A DNA stretch of 64,000 nucleotides from an uncultured cyanobacterium (GTDB lineage: Bacteria > Cyanobacteriota > Cyanobacteriia > PCC-9006 > JAAUQQ01). How positions within the stretch are numbered: position 1 is the stretch's first letter; each line of letters opens with the position of its first letter. A program made the position numbers and the translations under genes. Of the stretch, positions 21,422 to 31,200 are shown in pieces. The stretch spans positions 1,216,001-1,280,000 of the forward strand of contig OY970368.1 of NCBI GenBank assembly GCA_963718615.1, in the 5' to 3' direction. The notes beneath the pieces are model-generated. The model searched no databases. It was not told where the DNA came from and worked only from the letters and a program-made list of their open reading frames with translations.

Positions 21422-21883
21422 TTAGGTTGAATAAACACTCGGATCTGCCGCGTTACGGAGCTGATCCGAAACATAAAAGTTGTTCGTCACCACTTGGGGA
21501 CATCGCAAGCAGGCGTTCTGGCCTTCCTGTTGCCACCAGCGGCAACTGGCCCGAATCTGACAGGGGGGTAGCGTTTCCGTAACGGTCTCAAAACCCTTGA
21601 CAATTCGCTCCGCTAGGCGACACTGAGAACCGTCGTAATGGGCGCAGCCTTTTTCTTCGCAGGTGCTGGCAAACCGAAAAACCTCTGTTGGGGTAACGGG
21701 CTCTGTCGCTGCGAGCAACTCCTCCGTTACGGGTTGCGGGGTTGCCAAATGGACCAAGCGAGGGGTTTCGACTGTTCCGACGATGATGCCAAAGGCGATC
21801 GCCCCTTCCCGATCCGGTTGGGCACTCGGACACAGCGTTTGCGGCTTGGCGGGTGCAGGCTGGGAAGCAGAATCTGAGGCCAT
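21422..21883 (-). CDS. Conserved Cys-rich hypothetical protein (8 Cys, probably metal- or Fe-S-binding)
   Basis: LCPSA, C-x4-C-x7-C, LPPC-x5-CRWW.QEG..AC-x2-CPQVVT. Confidence 0.75.
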   Translation of the reverse strand: MASDSASQPAPAKPQTLCPSAQPDREGAIAFGIIVGTVETPRLVHLATPQPVTEELLAATEPVTPTEVFRFASTCEEKGCAHYDGSQCRLAERIVKGFETVTETLPPCQIRASCRWWQQEGQNACLRCPQVVTNNFYVSDQLRNAADPSVYST

Positions 21884-22119
21884 CGGAAGCAGACTCCAAT
21901 CGTTAGAGTTTGATGAAGGTTACGCTGCTGACTCAACTGCCACAACCCTACGGCAGCGCCCCAGGGTCATGTTGCCAAGTTGGCATTTTGTCACGCCAGA
22001 AACGAAGCCCTAGGGGTATGCTGTTCTATTGGAAACGCAGCCCTTAGAAACGCAGCCCAGAAACGCAGCCCCCGCTTCAAACCCCCTATCAAAACCAGTA
22101 AAAAGCCAAGAGATCCACC

Positions 22120-23400
22120 GTGCTTGATATCAAACTCATTCGCGAAAACCCCGAAGCCGTGCAGGCCAAGCTCAATCTGCGCGGTGGTGACTATGATTTG
22201 CAACCGGTTTTAGCGCTGGATCAACAGCAGCGGGATTTGGAGACGAGGCGATCGCAACTCCAGGCCCGCAGCAACGAAATTGGCAAGGAAGTGGGCCAAA
22301 AAATCAAGTCCGGCAGCGACCCCAAGGGAGCAGAAATCGCCGCCCTGCGGGAAGAAGGCAACCAGGTGAAGCAAACCCTTGGTGAGCTCGAACCAGAAGA
22401 ACGGGAGCTCAAAGCCCAAATTCAGACATTTTTGCTGACGCTGCCGAATCTGCCGAGTGATACGACCCCCCAGGGGAGTGGTGAAGCAGAGAATGTGGAA
22501 CTGCACCGCTGGGGCGATGAGTATAAGCCCAAACCTGAGGGGATTTTGCCCCACTGGGAAATCGGTGAACAACTGGGGATTTTTAACTTTGAGCGATCGA
22601 CCAAAGTCGCCCAAAGCCGATTTGTCACGCTGCTGGGCGCTGGAGCGGCGTTGGAACGGGCGCTGATTTCGTTCATGCTCGACCAGCAAATCGCTGCCGG
22701 GTATGTTGAAGCCCTGCCGCCGATTTTGATCAACACCGATTCCCTCACCGCCACGGGCCAGTTGCCTAAGTTTGCGGAAGAAAGTTTTAAATGTGCCGAT
22801 GATGACCTTTGGCTCACGCCCACTGCTGAAGTTCCACTGGTTAACCTATATCGCGACGAAATTCTCGACAGCGACCAGCTTCCCATCCACCACTGCGCCT
22901 ACACGCCCTGTTTTCGACGAGAAGCGGGCAGCTATGGCCGGGATACGCGGGGGCTGATCCGGCTGCACCAGTTCAACAAAGTCGAGCTTATCAAAATCGT
23001 CAGTCCTGAAACCTCTGAAGCTGAGCATGAAGCCCTGCGGGAAAATGCCGAAGCCATTCTTAAGGCACTGGAGCTTCCCTACCGGGTGATTGAACTGTGC
23101 ACGGGCGATCTCGGTTTTGGGGCCGTTAAGTGTTACGACCTGGAAGTTTGGCTCCCCTCCGCCGGCACCTACCGGGAAATTTCCAGTTGCTCCAACTGCC
23201 ACGACTTCCAGGCGCGACGGGCCAATATTCGCTTTAAGGCAGCGGGCAAAAAGGGCACCCAGTTTGTCCATACCCTCAACGGTTCTGGCCTTGCGGTGGG
23301 ACGGACCATGGCGGCGATTTTGGAAAACTACCAGGACCCCAATGGCTCTGTGCGAATCCCGCAAGTGCTGCAACCCTACCTGGGTAAAGACGTGCTTTAG
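22120..23400 (+). CDS. serS: Serine--tRNA ligase
   Basis: MLDIKLIR start, [34 protein letters not shown] and [12 protein letters not shown] motifs. Confidence 0.98.
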   Translation: MLDIKLIRENPEAVQAKLNLRGGDYDLQPVLALDQQQRDLETRRSQLQARSNEIGKEVGQKIKSGSDPKGAEIAALREEGNQVKQTLGELEPEERELKAQIQTFLLTLPNLPSDTTPQGSGEAENVELHRWGDEYKPKPEGILPHWEIGEQLGIFNFERSTKVAQSRFVTLLGAGAALERALISFMLDQQIAAGYVEALPPILINTDSLTATGQLPKFAEESFKCADDDLWLTPTAEVPLVNLYRDEILDSDQLPIHHCAYTPCFRREAGSYGRDTRGLIRLHQFNKVELIKIVSPETSEAEHEALRENAEAILKALELPYRVIELCTGDLGFGAVKCYDLEVWLPSAGTYREISSCSNCHDFQARRANIRFKAAGKKGTQFVHTLNGSGLAVGRTMAAILENYQDPNGSVRIPQVLQPYLGKDVL

Positions 23401-23464
23401 GGGCAATCCCTAGCGCTAGCCCTTAGAATAAGAAAGGTTAACTCTTGCTAGAGCGAAGGATTTT

Positions 23465-24562
23465 ATGTCGGTTTTGGTTGCGATCGGGGTTCTGGCCCTG
23501 CTGATCTTTGTCCATGAGCTGGGCCATTTCCTTGCGGCTCGTTTGCAGGGAATTTATGCCAATCGTTTTTCCATCGGTTTTGGTCCGGCGCTGCTGAGCT
23601 ATAAGGGGTCGCAGACGGAGTATGCCCTGCGGGCCATTCCCCTGGGGGGGTATGTGGGGTTCCCCGATGATGACCCTGACAGTGATATTGATCCGAAGGA
23701 CCCGAATTTATTGCGCAACCGTCCGATCTTGGACCGGGCGATCGTCATCAGCGCAGGCGTAATTGCCAATTTGCTGTTTGCCTACTTCGTCCTACTGTTG
23801 CAGTTTGGTACGGTGGGGGTTCCCAATGGCTATGATCTGCAGCCCGGTGTCATCATTCCGCAAATTGTCGATGCCAGTGCTCCGGCAGCCAAGGCGGGTT
23901 TGCAGGCTGGGGATGTCATTCTCCAGGCGGACAGCAAAACCTTTGGGACTTCTGAGGATGAAGTGCAAGCCCTGGTAGACCAAATCAAGGCCAGCCCGAA
24001 CAAATCCATCCAGCTCACGGTCAAACGGGGCAATAGCGAACTGCCAATCACTGTGACGCCGAGTTTGGGCGAAGACGGCAGCGGTCGCGTCGGGGTTCAG
24101 CTTGCGCCCAACGGTAAGGCCCTCTTCCGGCGTCCCAAAAATATGCTTGAAGTCTTGACGCTAGCCGCCGATGAGTTTCAAGAGCTGACCAAGCGAATTT
24201 TTCAGGGCTTCGGTCTGCTCATCACTCGCTTTGGCGAGACGGCTTCCCAGGTGTCTGGCCCAGTGAAAATTGTCCAGTGGGGTTCCAATATTGCCCAGTC
24301 TGATTCGGGCAATCTGTTTTTCTTTGCGGCATTTATCAGTATTAACCTGGCGGTGATCAACATCCTGCCCCTGCCTGCTCTTGATGGTGGACAGCTCGCG
24401 TTTTTGCTGATCGAAGGCTTACGCGGTGGTAAGCCCCTACCCCAGCGGTTTCAAGAAACGGTTATGCAAACGGGTTTGTTTTTGCTCCTGGGGCTGGGCG
24501 TCTTCCTGATTATTAAAGACACCGTTCAACTGCCGGTTTTCCAGCAATTGTTTCAGCAATAG
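23465..24562 (+). CDS. rseP: RIP metalloprotease RseP (M50, PDZ)
   Basis: HELGH, FSIGFGP, PLGGYV, a PDZ region and NILPLPALDGG. Confidence 0.95.
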   Translation: MSVLVAIGVLALLIFVHELGHFLAARLQGIYANRFSIGFGPALLSYKGSQTEYALRAIPLGGYVGFPDDDPDSDIDPKDPNLLRNRPILDRAIVISAGVIANLLFAYFVLLLQFGTVGVPNGYDLQPGVIIPQIVDASAPAAKAGLQAGDVILQADSKTFGTSEDEVQALVDQIKASPNKSIQLTVKRGNSELPITVTPSLGEDGSGRVGVQLAPNGKALFRRPKNMLEVLTLAADEFQELTKRIFQGFGLLITRFGETASQVSGPVKIVQWGSNIAQSDSGNLFFFAAFISINLAVINILPLPALDGGQLAFLLIEGLRGGKPLPQRFQETVMQTGLFLLLGLGVFLIIKDTVQLPVFQQLFQQ

Positions 24563-24565
24563 CCC

Positions 24566-25249
24566 GTGGTGAAGCAACCCAGAAAGCAACGCACGCAGCA
24601 ACGAACCACAAAAGCCCAACGACGCGCTTGGGAGATTCTCGATCGCCTCAAAGCCCTTTACCCCGATGCCACCTGCTCTCTCGATCACGAGTCCCCCGTT
24701 CAGCTCCTTGTGGCGACCATTCTCTCCGCCCAATGCACGGATGAACGGGTTAATCTCGTTACACCAGCCCTCTTTGCTCGATTCCCCGATGCTCCTGCTT
24801 TGGCGGGAGCGGATCGGGATGCGCTACAAGCCCTGGTAAAATCGACCGGCTTCTATCGCAATAAATCCAAAAACATTCAAGGAGCCTGCCACAAAATCGT
24901 GACGGAATTTGGCGGTGAAGTGCCTCAAACTATGGAAGAACTGCTAACGCTTCCTGGTGTTGCTCGCAAAACTGCCAATGTGGTTTTGGCCCATGCCTTT
25001 GGTATCAACAGCGGCGTCACCGTCGATACCCATGTCAAACGGTTGAGCAATCGCCTCGGTTTTGCCCAATCAGATAATCCCATTCAAATTGAACGGGACT
25101 TAATGAAATTAATTCCCCAGCCGGATTGGGAAAATTGGTCCATCCGGTTGATTTACCATGGGCGGGCGGTTTGTAAGGCGCGGAAGCCAGCTTGCGATCG
25201 CTGCCCACTCGCGGACCTCTGTCCTTCCGCGCCGCCAGCATTCTCTTAA
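24566..25249 (+). CDS. nth: Endonuclease III
   Basis: LSAQCTD, HhH motif LPGVARKTANVV, VDTHV and C-x6-C-x2-C-x5-C cluster motif. Confidence 0.96.
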   Translation: MVKQPRKQRTQQRTTKAQRRAWEILDRLKALYPDATCSLDHESPVQLLVATILSAQCTDERVNLVTPALFARFPDAPALAGADRDALQALVKSTGFYRNKSKNIQGACHKIVTEFGGEVPQTMEELLTLPGVARKTANVVLAHAFGINSGVTVDTHVKRLSNRLGFAQSDNPIQIERDLMKLIPQPDWENWSIRLIYHGRAVCKARKPACDRCPLADLCPSAPPAFS

Positions 25250-25271
25250 GGTCAACTAGTGCTAGGGCCAA

Positions 25272-25472
25272 CTAGTGCACCGCCGCCCGTTTCAGAATTT
25301 CCGATAACGATGCTGTGGAGGACAAGGGCGATCGCCCATGGGTCTCTTGGTCATCGTCTATGACCTGCTCTAGGAGTGGCATTTCTTGCCAACAGGTCCG
25401 ACAGAACCAATAGACTTGGCCGCTGCGAACATGACGGAGAATAGTGTTGTGGCAGCAAGGGCAAGTCTTCAT
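25272..25472 (-). CDS. Small cyanobacterial zinc-ribbon protein
   Basis: CPCC...LRHVR....YWFC..CWQEMP. Confidence 0.75.
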   Translation of the reverse strand: MKTCPCCHNTILRHVRSGQVYWFCRTCWQEMPLLEQVIDDDQETHGRSPLSSTASLSEILKRAAVH

Positions 25473-25684
25473 AGTAATCCACCAAAAAAGTTTATAGGTT
25501 ATCTTCAATCCATCGCGAACAGCTCACACAGCTTCTATTTCTTCAATGCTAAAAAGAGAAAGTGAGAATTCTCTATGAAAAGCCGTTTTACGTAATGAAA
25601 CGTTAGACTTTTCAATATTGCTTAGCGCAGAAATAATCGCTTAGTCAAAGCCTAACCCTAGACTACCCATTGATTTGTAGCGGG

Positions 25685-26392
25685 TTACTCTATCCAGCGA
25701 GGGACTTGATAATGGCCGCATTTAAGTTCTTCTTTAAGGCTTAAATAGCGGGGCTCATGGTAACCCACTAAGTTCCAAAATGCCGAAGAATGGTTAAAGT
25801 GAACCGTATGGCAAAGTTCGTGGATTAAAACATAGCGAACAATTGCCGGATTAAGAAATAAAAGTTTACTATTGAGGCTAATGCGATGCTGAGCGGAGCA
25901 GCTCCCCCATCGGGTCTTGGGCGATCGCACGGAAACGCCTTGATACTCTAATCCGGTCTCCGTACTGAGCTCTCTCAGCCAAGGCACCAGTTGGCGCTGG
26001 GCTATCTGGGTTAGCCAGCGCTTGAGGGCTTCCCGGCAGAGATCCCAGTCTTCCGTCGCGCCCCGTAGCAAGAGCTGCTGATGGGGAAGAACCGTGAGAT
26101 GGAGGGCTTTGTCGGAGGTCGCGCGATATTCCACCTGCCAAGTTTGGGCCAAGGCCAGGAGATTCAGTTGGGTTGGATAAGGGCCACTAACGGATTGGTC
26201 CGTGGGGACTTGCTGATCGGCGAGTTTGCGCTGTACGCGATCGATCCAATGCCGTTTTCTGGCCACGATATCGGGAATCGTCTTGCGATCGAAGCCTAGG
26301 GGCACCACGACTTCTAGACGCCCAATGGATGAAATTTTGAGTGAAACGTACTTGGCCCGCTTGCTTTCCCGGACAGAATAGGGCTGAGACAT
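25685..26392 (-). CDS. YgjP/DUF45 (M48/SprT-like) metal-dependent hydrolase
   Basis: RES.RAK, KTRWGSCS and YVLIHELCH..H.NHS..FW motifs. Confidence 0.88.
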   Translation of the reverse strand: MSQPYSVRESKRAKYVSLKISSIGRLEVVVPLGFDRKTIPDIVARKRHWIDRVQRKLADQQVPTDQSVSGPYPTQLNLLALAQTWQVEYRATSDKALHLTVLPHQQLLLRGATEDWDLCREALKRWLTQIAQRQLVPWLRELSTETGLEYQGVSVRSPKTRWGSCSAQHRISLNSKLLFLNPAIVRYVLIHELCHTVHFNHSSAFWNLVGYHEPRYLSLKEELKCGHYQVPRWIE

Positions 26393-26679
26393 AGACGCAG
26401 ACAGCAAAAATGCGAACAGCAAAGGGACGGTCACTGGTTGAGATTTTAAACGATTCCTGGGCTTTAAGGGTAGGCTCAAGCTACATTTACGGAAAACTCA
26501 CTCCAACCCATGTGATAACCGAATCCTAGTGCTGAAGATGCGGCGGGAAACCCGCAAATGAGTGTTGTAATCTCATCTATCAATCGCTGAGGCGATCGCC
26601 CCATAATCAAGCCATCGGGAGCCACGGCAAGCCCTTGGCCCTGTCTCGCTTCTGACTGTTCTCCTACTGAGCTTGACCC

Positions 26680-28464
26680 ATGAAGACTGCCATTCCCTCC
26701 CAGGTATCCTATCACGAGCTGCTGACCCAGCTCCAGGCCGATCAGGTGCAGCGCCTCATCCTGAAATCCCAGCGGATTGAATATCAGCTCAAGACTGAGT
26801 TTGGCGGACAGCGATTCTATACGACAGCACCGGGGCAAACCGATGAGTTGCAGGAACTACTGCGCGATCGCACCGTGGAAGTGGTGAATCTGTCAGAATC
26901 GGAAATGAGTGGAGCGGGTTTGGCGGCATTGTTATTGTCAACCGGCCTGTTGGTGGGTGCGTTTGCTTGGTTGATGAAGCTGGGTGAGACGGAGGGGCTT
27001 GGCAATCGCTTTGGCAATAGTTTTGGGGGTGGCGTGATGGGCGTCGGTAAAAGCAAGGCCCGTGTTTATGACAAAGGCAAAACGGGTATTACCTTTGCCG
27101 AAGTTGCAGGGGTTGATGAAGCCAAGCAAGAGCTTCAAGAAGTGGTGGATTTTCTCAAAAATGGGGAGAAATATCGCAAAATTGGCGCAAAGATCCCCAA
27201 GGGAATTCTGCTGGTGGGTCCGCCGGGAACGGGCAAAACGCTGCTAGCAAAGGCCGTTGCAGGGGAAGCTGGTGTACCTTTCTTGAGTATGGCAGCCTCG
27301 GAGTTTGTAGAGCTCTATGTGGGGGTTGGAGCAGCGCGGGTGCGGGATTTATTTAACCGTGCCAAACGCCAAGCTCCCTGCATTATCTTTATTGATGAAC
27401 TTGATGCCATTGGCAAGTCTCGGGGAAATGCCAACTTGAATGGTAACGATGAACGGGAACAAACGCTCAATCAATTGCTGACGGAAATGGATGGATTTGA
27501 GGGTAACGATGGCGTTATTCTTGTGGCAGCAACCAATCGACCTGAGATTCTCGATCCCGCTTTGCGTCGGCCCGGACGGTTTGATCGCCAAGTCCTGGTC
27601 GATCGCCCGGATAAAATGGGCAGACTGGCCATTCTTGAGGTCCATGCCAACGGGGTGATGATGGGCGAAGATGTGAACTTGGAGGCGATCGCCACCCAAA
27701 CCTCAGGCTTTGCCGGGGCAGATTTGGCCAATCTGGTGAATGAAGCGGCTCTAATGGCGGCGCGCAACAACCGTCAGGCAGTGCTAATGGCTGATTTTGG
27801 CGAGGCGATTGAGCGGGTATTGGCGGGATTGGAGAAGCGATCGCGCCTTCTCTCTCCCCTAGAGCGCAAAACCGTGGCCTATCACGAAGTCGGTCATGCC
27901 TTCGTGGGTGCCCTCATGCCCGGTGGTGGAAAGGTCTCCAAAATTTCGATTGTGCCCCGAGGATTGGGGGCGTTGGGCTATACGTTGCAAACCCCGGAAG
28001 AAGACCGCTTTTTGATGATTGAAGACGAGCTGCGCGGACGCATCGCGACGCTGCTGGGGGGACGGGCTGCTGAGGAGCTGGTTTTGGGCAAAGTTTCCAC
28101 CGGAGCCAGCGACGATATCCAAAAGGCCACGGATTTGGCGGAGCGGGCGATTACCCAGTACGGCATGAGCCAGACCCTGGGACCGATTGCCTTTGCCCAA
28201 ACCCAAACCCAGTTTTTGGAGAACAGCAGCAATCGGCGAACGGTGAGCAGCGAGGTTGCAACGGAAATCGATCGCCAAGTGAACCAAACGATCAACCAAG
28301 CCTATGGCATTGCCCTAGACATTCTCAAGCACAACCGAGACTTGCTAGAGTTGGCAACCCAACAGCTACTGGCCACCGAGGTGCTAGAGGGAGAGGCGTT
28401 GCAGTCGCTTTTGGCTCAAGTTCAGGCTCCAGCTGTTGAAACTCCAGAGCCTGAGGTAGGCTAA
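26680..28464 (+). CDS. ftsH: ATP-dependent zinc metalloprotease FtsH paralog (only one TM in frame)
   Basis: [46 protein letters not shown] and TGASDD motifs. Confidence 0.93.
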   Translation: MKTAIPSQVSYHELLTQLQADQVQRLILKSQRIEYQLKTEFGGQRFYTTAPGQTDELQELLRDRTVEVVNLSESEMSGAGLAALLLSTGLLVGAFAWLMKLGETEGLGNRFGNSFGGGVMGVGKSKARVYDKGKTGITFAEVAGVDEAKQELQEVVDFLKNGEKYRKIGAKIPKGILLVGPPGTGKTLLAKAVAGEAGVPFLSMAASEFVELYVGVGAARVRDLFNRAKRQAPCIIFIDELDAIGKSRGNANLNGNDEREQTLNQLLTEMDGFEGNDGVILVAATNRPEILDPALRRPGRFDRQVLVDRPDKMGRLAILEVHANGVMMGEDVNLEAIATQTSGFAGADLANLVNEAALMAARNNRQAVLMADFGEAIERVLAGLEKRSRLLSPLERKTVAYHEVGHAFVGALMPGGGKVSKISIVPRGLGALGYTLQTPEEDRFLMIEDELRGRIATLLGGRAAEELVLGKVSTGASDDIQKATDLAERAITQYGMSQTLGPIAFAQTQTQFLENSSNRRTVSSEVATEIDRQVNQTINQAYGIALDILKHNRDLLELATQQLLATEVLEGEALQSLLAQVQAPAVETPEPEVG

Positions 28465-28542
28465 TATCGAGCTAATTTCTCTGGACGATGGTATAGGGGG
28501 TCTCCTGGGTAGTCTTAGGTAAAGCACCCTGTTGATGCCCCT

Positions 28543-30216
28543 ATGTACCTCTCCTTCTCTGTGTGGCAACGCCTGCGCAACCGCGAACTGACCTGCGACG
28601 AAGCCCTTGAGCTTTTGATCCATGAAGATGGTGAGGTCAACCTGCCGTTGCTGGATCAAGAAGTGAGCCATCGCTTCTTTCGAGAATTTCAAGAGCCTCA
28701 GCTCTTACCGCCGCTGATGCCTTTGTTGCTGTGGCAAAATTGTTACTATCTGGGCTGTCCGGTTCCTTTGCCCCCTGAGGCGATCGCCAGCCTCCAAACC
28801 CGTCTCCTGACTGAACTCAGAATCCTACCGATCTCTGACAAAAGCTATCGGGCTTGGTTCCATAGCCAAAATGCGGATTCCAGCAGCATTAACGCCCAGC
28901 CCCTGATCAATCCCCTCACTGGCGAAGCAGAGCAGGAGGATGTCGCCGAGGTCACGGAGATCTATTTGGCTCGGGCCGCTGATCAGATTGGGCGGCTTAA
29001 CACGATTATCTCGGGGGCCTTGCGGAACCGAGCGAGCGATATTCACCTGGAACCCACCCAGGAGGGGTTGCGGATTCGCTATCGCATTGATGGTGTTTTG
29101 CGTGATATCACCACCCTGACCAACGATGTGAGCCGCCGGGTGATTGCGGCACTCAAAGTCATGGCCGGTATGGACATTGCCGAAAGTCGTCGCCCCCAAG
29201 ATGGACGGATTGCCCAACAATACACGGCACAAACCGAAGCTCCCGTTGGACTGGATATGCGGGTGAGTACGTTACCCTGTATGGGCGGTGAGAAAGCCGT
29301 CATTCGGTTGTTGCCTCAACAAAATCCCTTTGACTCCCTCGATGATTTAGGCTTTGATCCTGATACCCTGGCGATTTACCAAAGCTGGTTGAGTCAGCCC
29401 CAGGGCATGGTGGTCTTAACCGGTCCCACGGGCTCCGGCAAAACCAGTACGCTTTATACGAGCTTGCAGGCGATCGCCCAAGAATCCGTGAACGTCGTGA
29501 CCGTCGAAGACCCGGTCGAATATGTCCTACCCCGCATCACCCAAACCCAGGTCCATGAAAAATCGGGAATGACCTTTGCGGCAGGGCTGCGGGCGATTTT
29601 GCGCCAGGATCCGGATGTGATTATGGTGGGGGAAGTTCGCGATCAATCCACTGCCGAAACCGCAGTGCGAGCCGCGCTCACGGGACATTTGGTCCTCACA
29701 ACTTTGCACACCAACAACGCGATTAGTACGATTCCCCGACTCAAGGACATTGGCCCCGATCCAGGTCTCCTGAGCGATGCTCTGCTGGGCATTGTTGGTC
29801 AGCGATTGGTGCGGCGGATTTGCCCCCACTGTTCCGCGCCTTACATGCCGACCGAGTGGGAGCTCAGAGCCTTGGGTCTAACTCCGGCCCAAGCCAACCT
29901 CAGTCAGTGGCGAAAGGGTCGGGGGTGTCAACGCTGTTTTAATTCTGGTTATTTAGGGCGAGAGGCGATCGTAGAAGTTCTGGATGTCAATGATGCCGTA
30001 CGGCGGCTGATTTATCGCGGTAGCCAGGAGGAGTTGCAAGACCATCTTTGTCGCACTGGATTTCATTCGTTTCGGGAATCTGCGATCGCCAAAGTCCTAA
30101 AGGGCAAAACCACAGCCTCTGAAATTTTTCGAGCATTGCCCCGCAGCGCCTTCGAGCAATCGGCCCTTGCGGCTGATTTGACTATTCCTAAACCCACAGT
30201 GCTGTTGCAGCTTTAA
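28543..30216 (+). CDS. GspE/PulE/PilB-family secretion or pilus ATPase paralog
   Basis: ASDIHLEP, RRPQDGR, GPTGSGKT, EDPVE, LRQDPD, TGHLVLTTLHTN, and CPHC/CQRC Zn site. Confidence 0.92.
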   Translation: MYLSFSVWQRLRNRELTCDEALELLIHEDGEVNLPLLDQEVSHRFFREFQEPQLLPPLMPLLLWQNCYYLGCPVPLPPEAIASLQTRLLTELRILPISDKSYRAWFHSQNADSSSINAQPLINPLTGEAEQEDVAEVTEIYLARAADQIGRLNTIISGALRNRASDIHLEPTQEGLRIRYRIDGVLRDITTLTNDVSRRVIAALKVMAGMDIAESRRPQDGRIAQQYTAQTEAPVGLDMRVSTLPCMGGEKAVIRLLPQQNPFDSLDDLGFDPDTLAIYQSWLSQPQGMVVLTGPTGSGKTSTLYTSLQAIAQESVNVVTVEDPVEYVLPRITQTQVHEKSGMTFAAGLRAILRQDPDVIMVGEVRDQSTAETAVRAALTGHLVLTTLHTNNAISTIPRLKDIGPDPGLLSDALLGIVGQRLVRRICPHCSAPYMPTEWELRALGLTPAQANLSQWRKGRGCQRCFNSGYLGREAIVEVLDVNDAVRRLIYRGSQEELQDHLCRTGFHSFRESAIAKVLKGKTTASEIFRALPRSAFEQSALAADLTIPKPTVLLQL

Positions 30217-30259
30217 ACCTAAGACTGTAGCCGATAAGCGACCAAATTTCAATACGAAA

Positions 30260-30290
30260 AGGGAGACAAGTGGAATGACTTGTCTCCCCT
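30260..30290. terminator. Hairpin terminator between convergent genes
   Basis: GGGAGACAAGT-ggaatg-ACTTGTCTCCC with an A-run on the left side. Confidence 0.7.
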
Positions 30291-30357
30291 CACTAACGGC
30301 TATTGGCGGGATTCAGAAGAAGTTATCTTGAATGGCAAAGAATGACAAAGGATTAGC

Positions 30358-30711
30358 TTAGTTACCCAGATCGCTCAAGGCGTCTTTAACCTGATCGATA
30401 ACGCTAACGGCTTCCTTTGAGTTTTCGGGTGTATTCATCTTTGACTGATCGGCTCCACCTTGAACTGCGTTAATCCCCCCTTTTGCACGCTCTTGTACTT
30501 CTTGCATACCGCGTGGACCTTCCTTGAGAACATCCTTAGATCGCTGCTCAATTTTATCTAGTTGAGCAATGCCTTCAGAGGGTTTGGCCTGAGAACTACC
30601 CATTGCAAAGGCAGGGGTCGCAGCTAGAAAAATCGTCAGGCAAAGACTAAACGTAATAATCAAGCGACGGATGATTTTGTGGGTGGGGGTGCCGAAGTGA
30701 AAATTAACCAT
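30358..30711 (-). CDS. Exported hydrophilic stress protein (resembles cyanobacterial low-temperature-induced proteins)
   Basis: Signal peptide ending PAFA; GG(I/L)N.VQG.AD..KM..PENS motif. Confidence 0.65.
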   Translation of the reverse strand: MVNFHFGTPTHKIIRRLIITFSLCLTIFLAATPAFAMGSSQAKPSEGIAQLDKIEQRSKDVLKEGPRGMQEVQERAKGGINAVQGGADQSKMNTPENSKEAVSVIDQVKDALSDLGN

Positions 30712-30805
30712 GATGGCTCTCCTTGGAAAATAGTAAATAAGTCAATAAAACAATGAGTTGTAACTCAATTGCTGGATGATCAACTGATGGTGGATGAGAA
30801 TCTTC

Positions 30806-31093
30806 CTAGGTTTTGAACTGATCGGTAGCACTTTCGAATGCAATTTGAAGACGTTTTATAGCGTCTTCCATGCCAGCGGTCAGTTCTTCCCAAGCATTAG
30901 CGCTAGAAGATTTGAAGGTTTCGAGTTTTTGGCTAGCCTCATCTCGTTGTTGACTCAGTTCTTCAAGCTTTTCGTGATAGGCAACTTGACTATTGGCTTG
31001 GGCTTGGCGTGCTTTTGCCTTTAGTTCATCAATCTGAGCGTTCAACTTTTCTAGCTGAGCCTCTGCTTTCTTTTGGTATCTTTCTTTCTCCAT
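30806..31093 (-). CDS. Sll1863-like coiled-coil stress response protein
   Basis: YQ.K.EAQL....AQIDELKAKA...A...L..L......AWEEL..G.E.A...L..AF..A...F pattern. Confidence 0.75.
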   Translation of the reverse strand: MEKERYQKKAEAQLEKLNAQIDELKAKARQAQANSQVAYHEKLEELSQQRDEASQKLETFKSSSANAWEELTAGMEDAIKRLQIAFESATDQFKT

Positions 31094-31200
31094 CGGTTTC
31101 TTTATTGTTAGCAATATTCTCATCTAACCAAATATATTTCGACTTCACTTCGTTCTAAGGAGGTAATTATGCCTCTAATCTATGGTGTTTAATTTCAATC

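Noticed and set aside
21422-21883. Nitrogen-fixation function for the Cys-rich protein
   Set aside because: No nif genes are nearby and it has no recognisable Nif protein motif.
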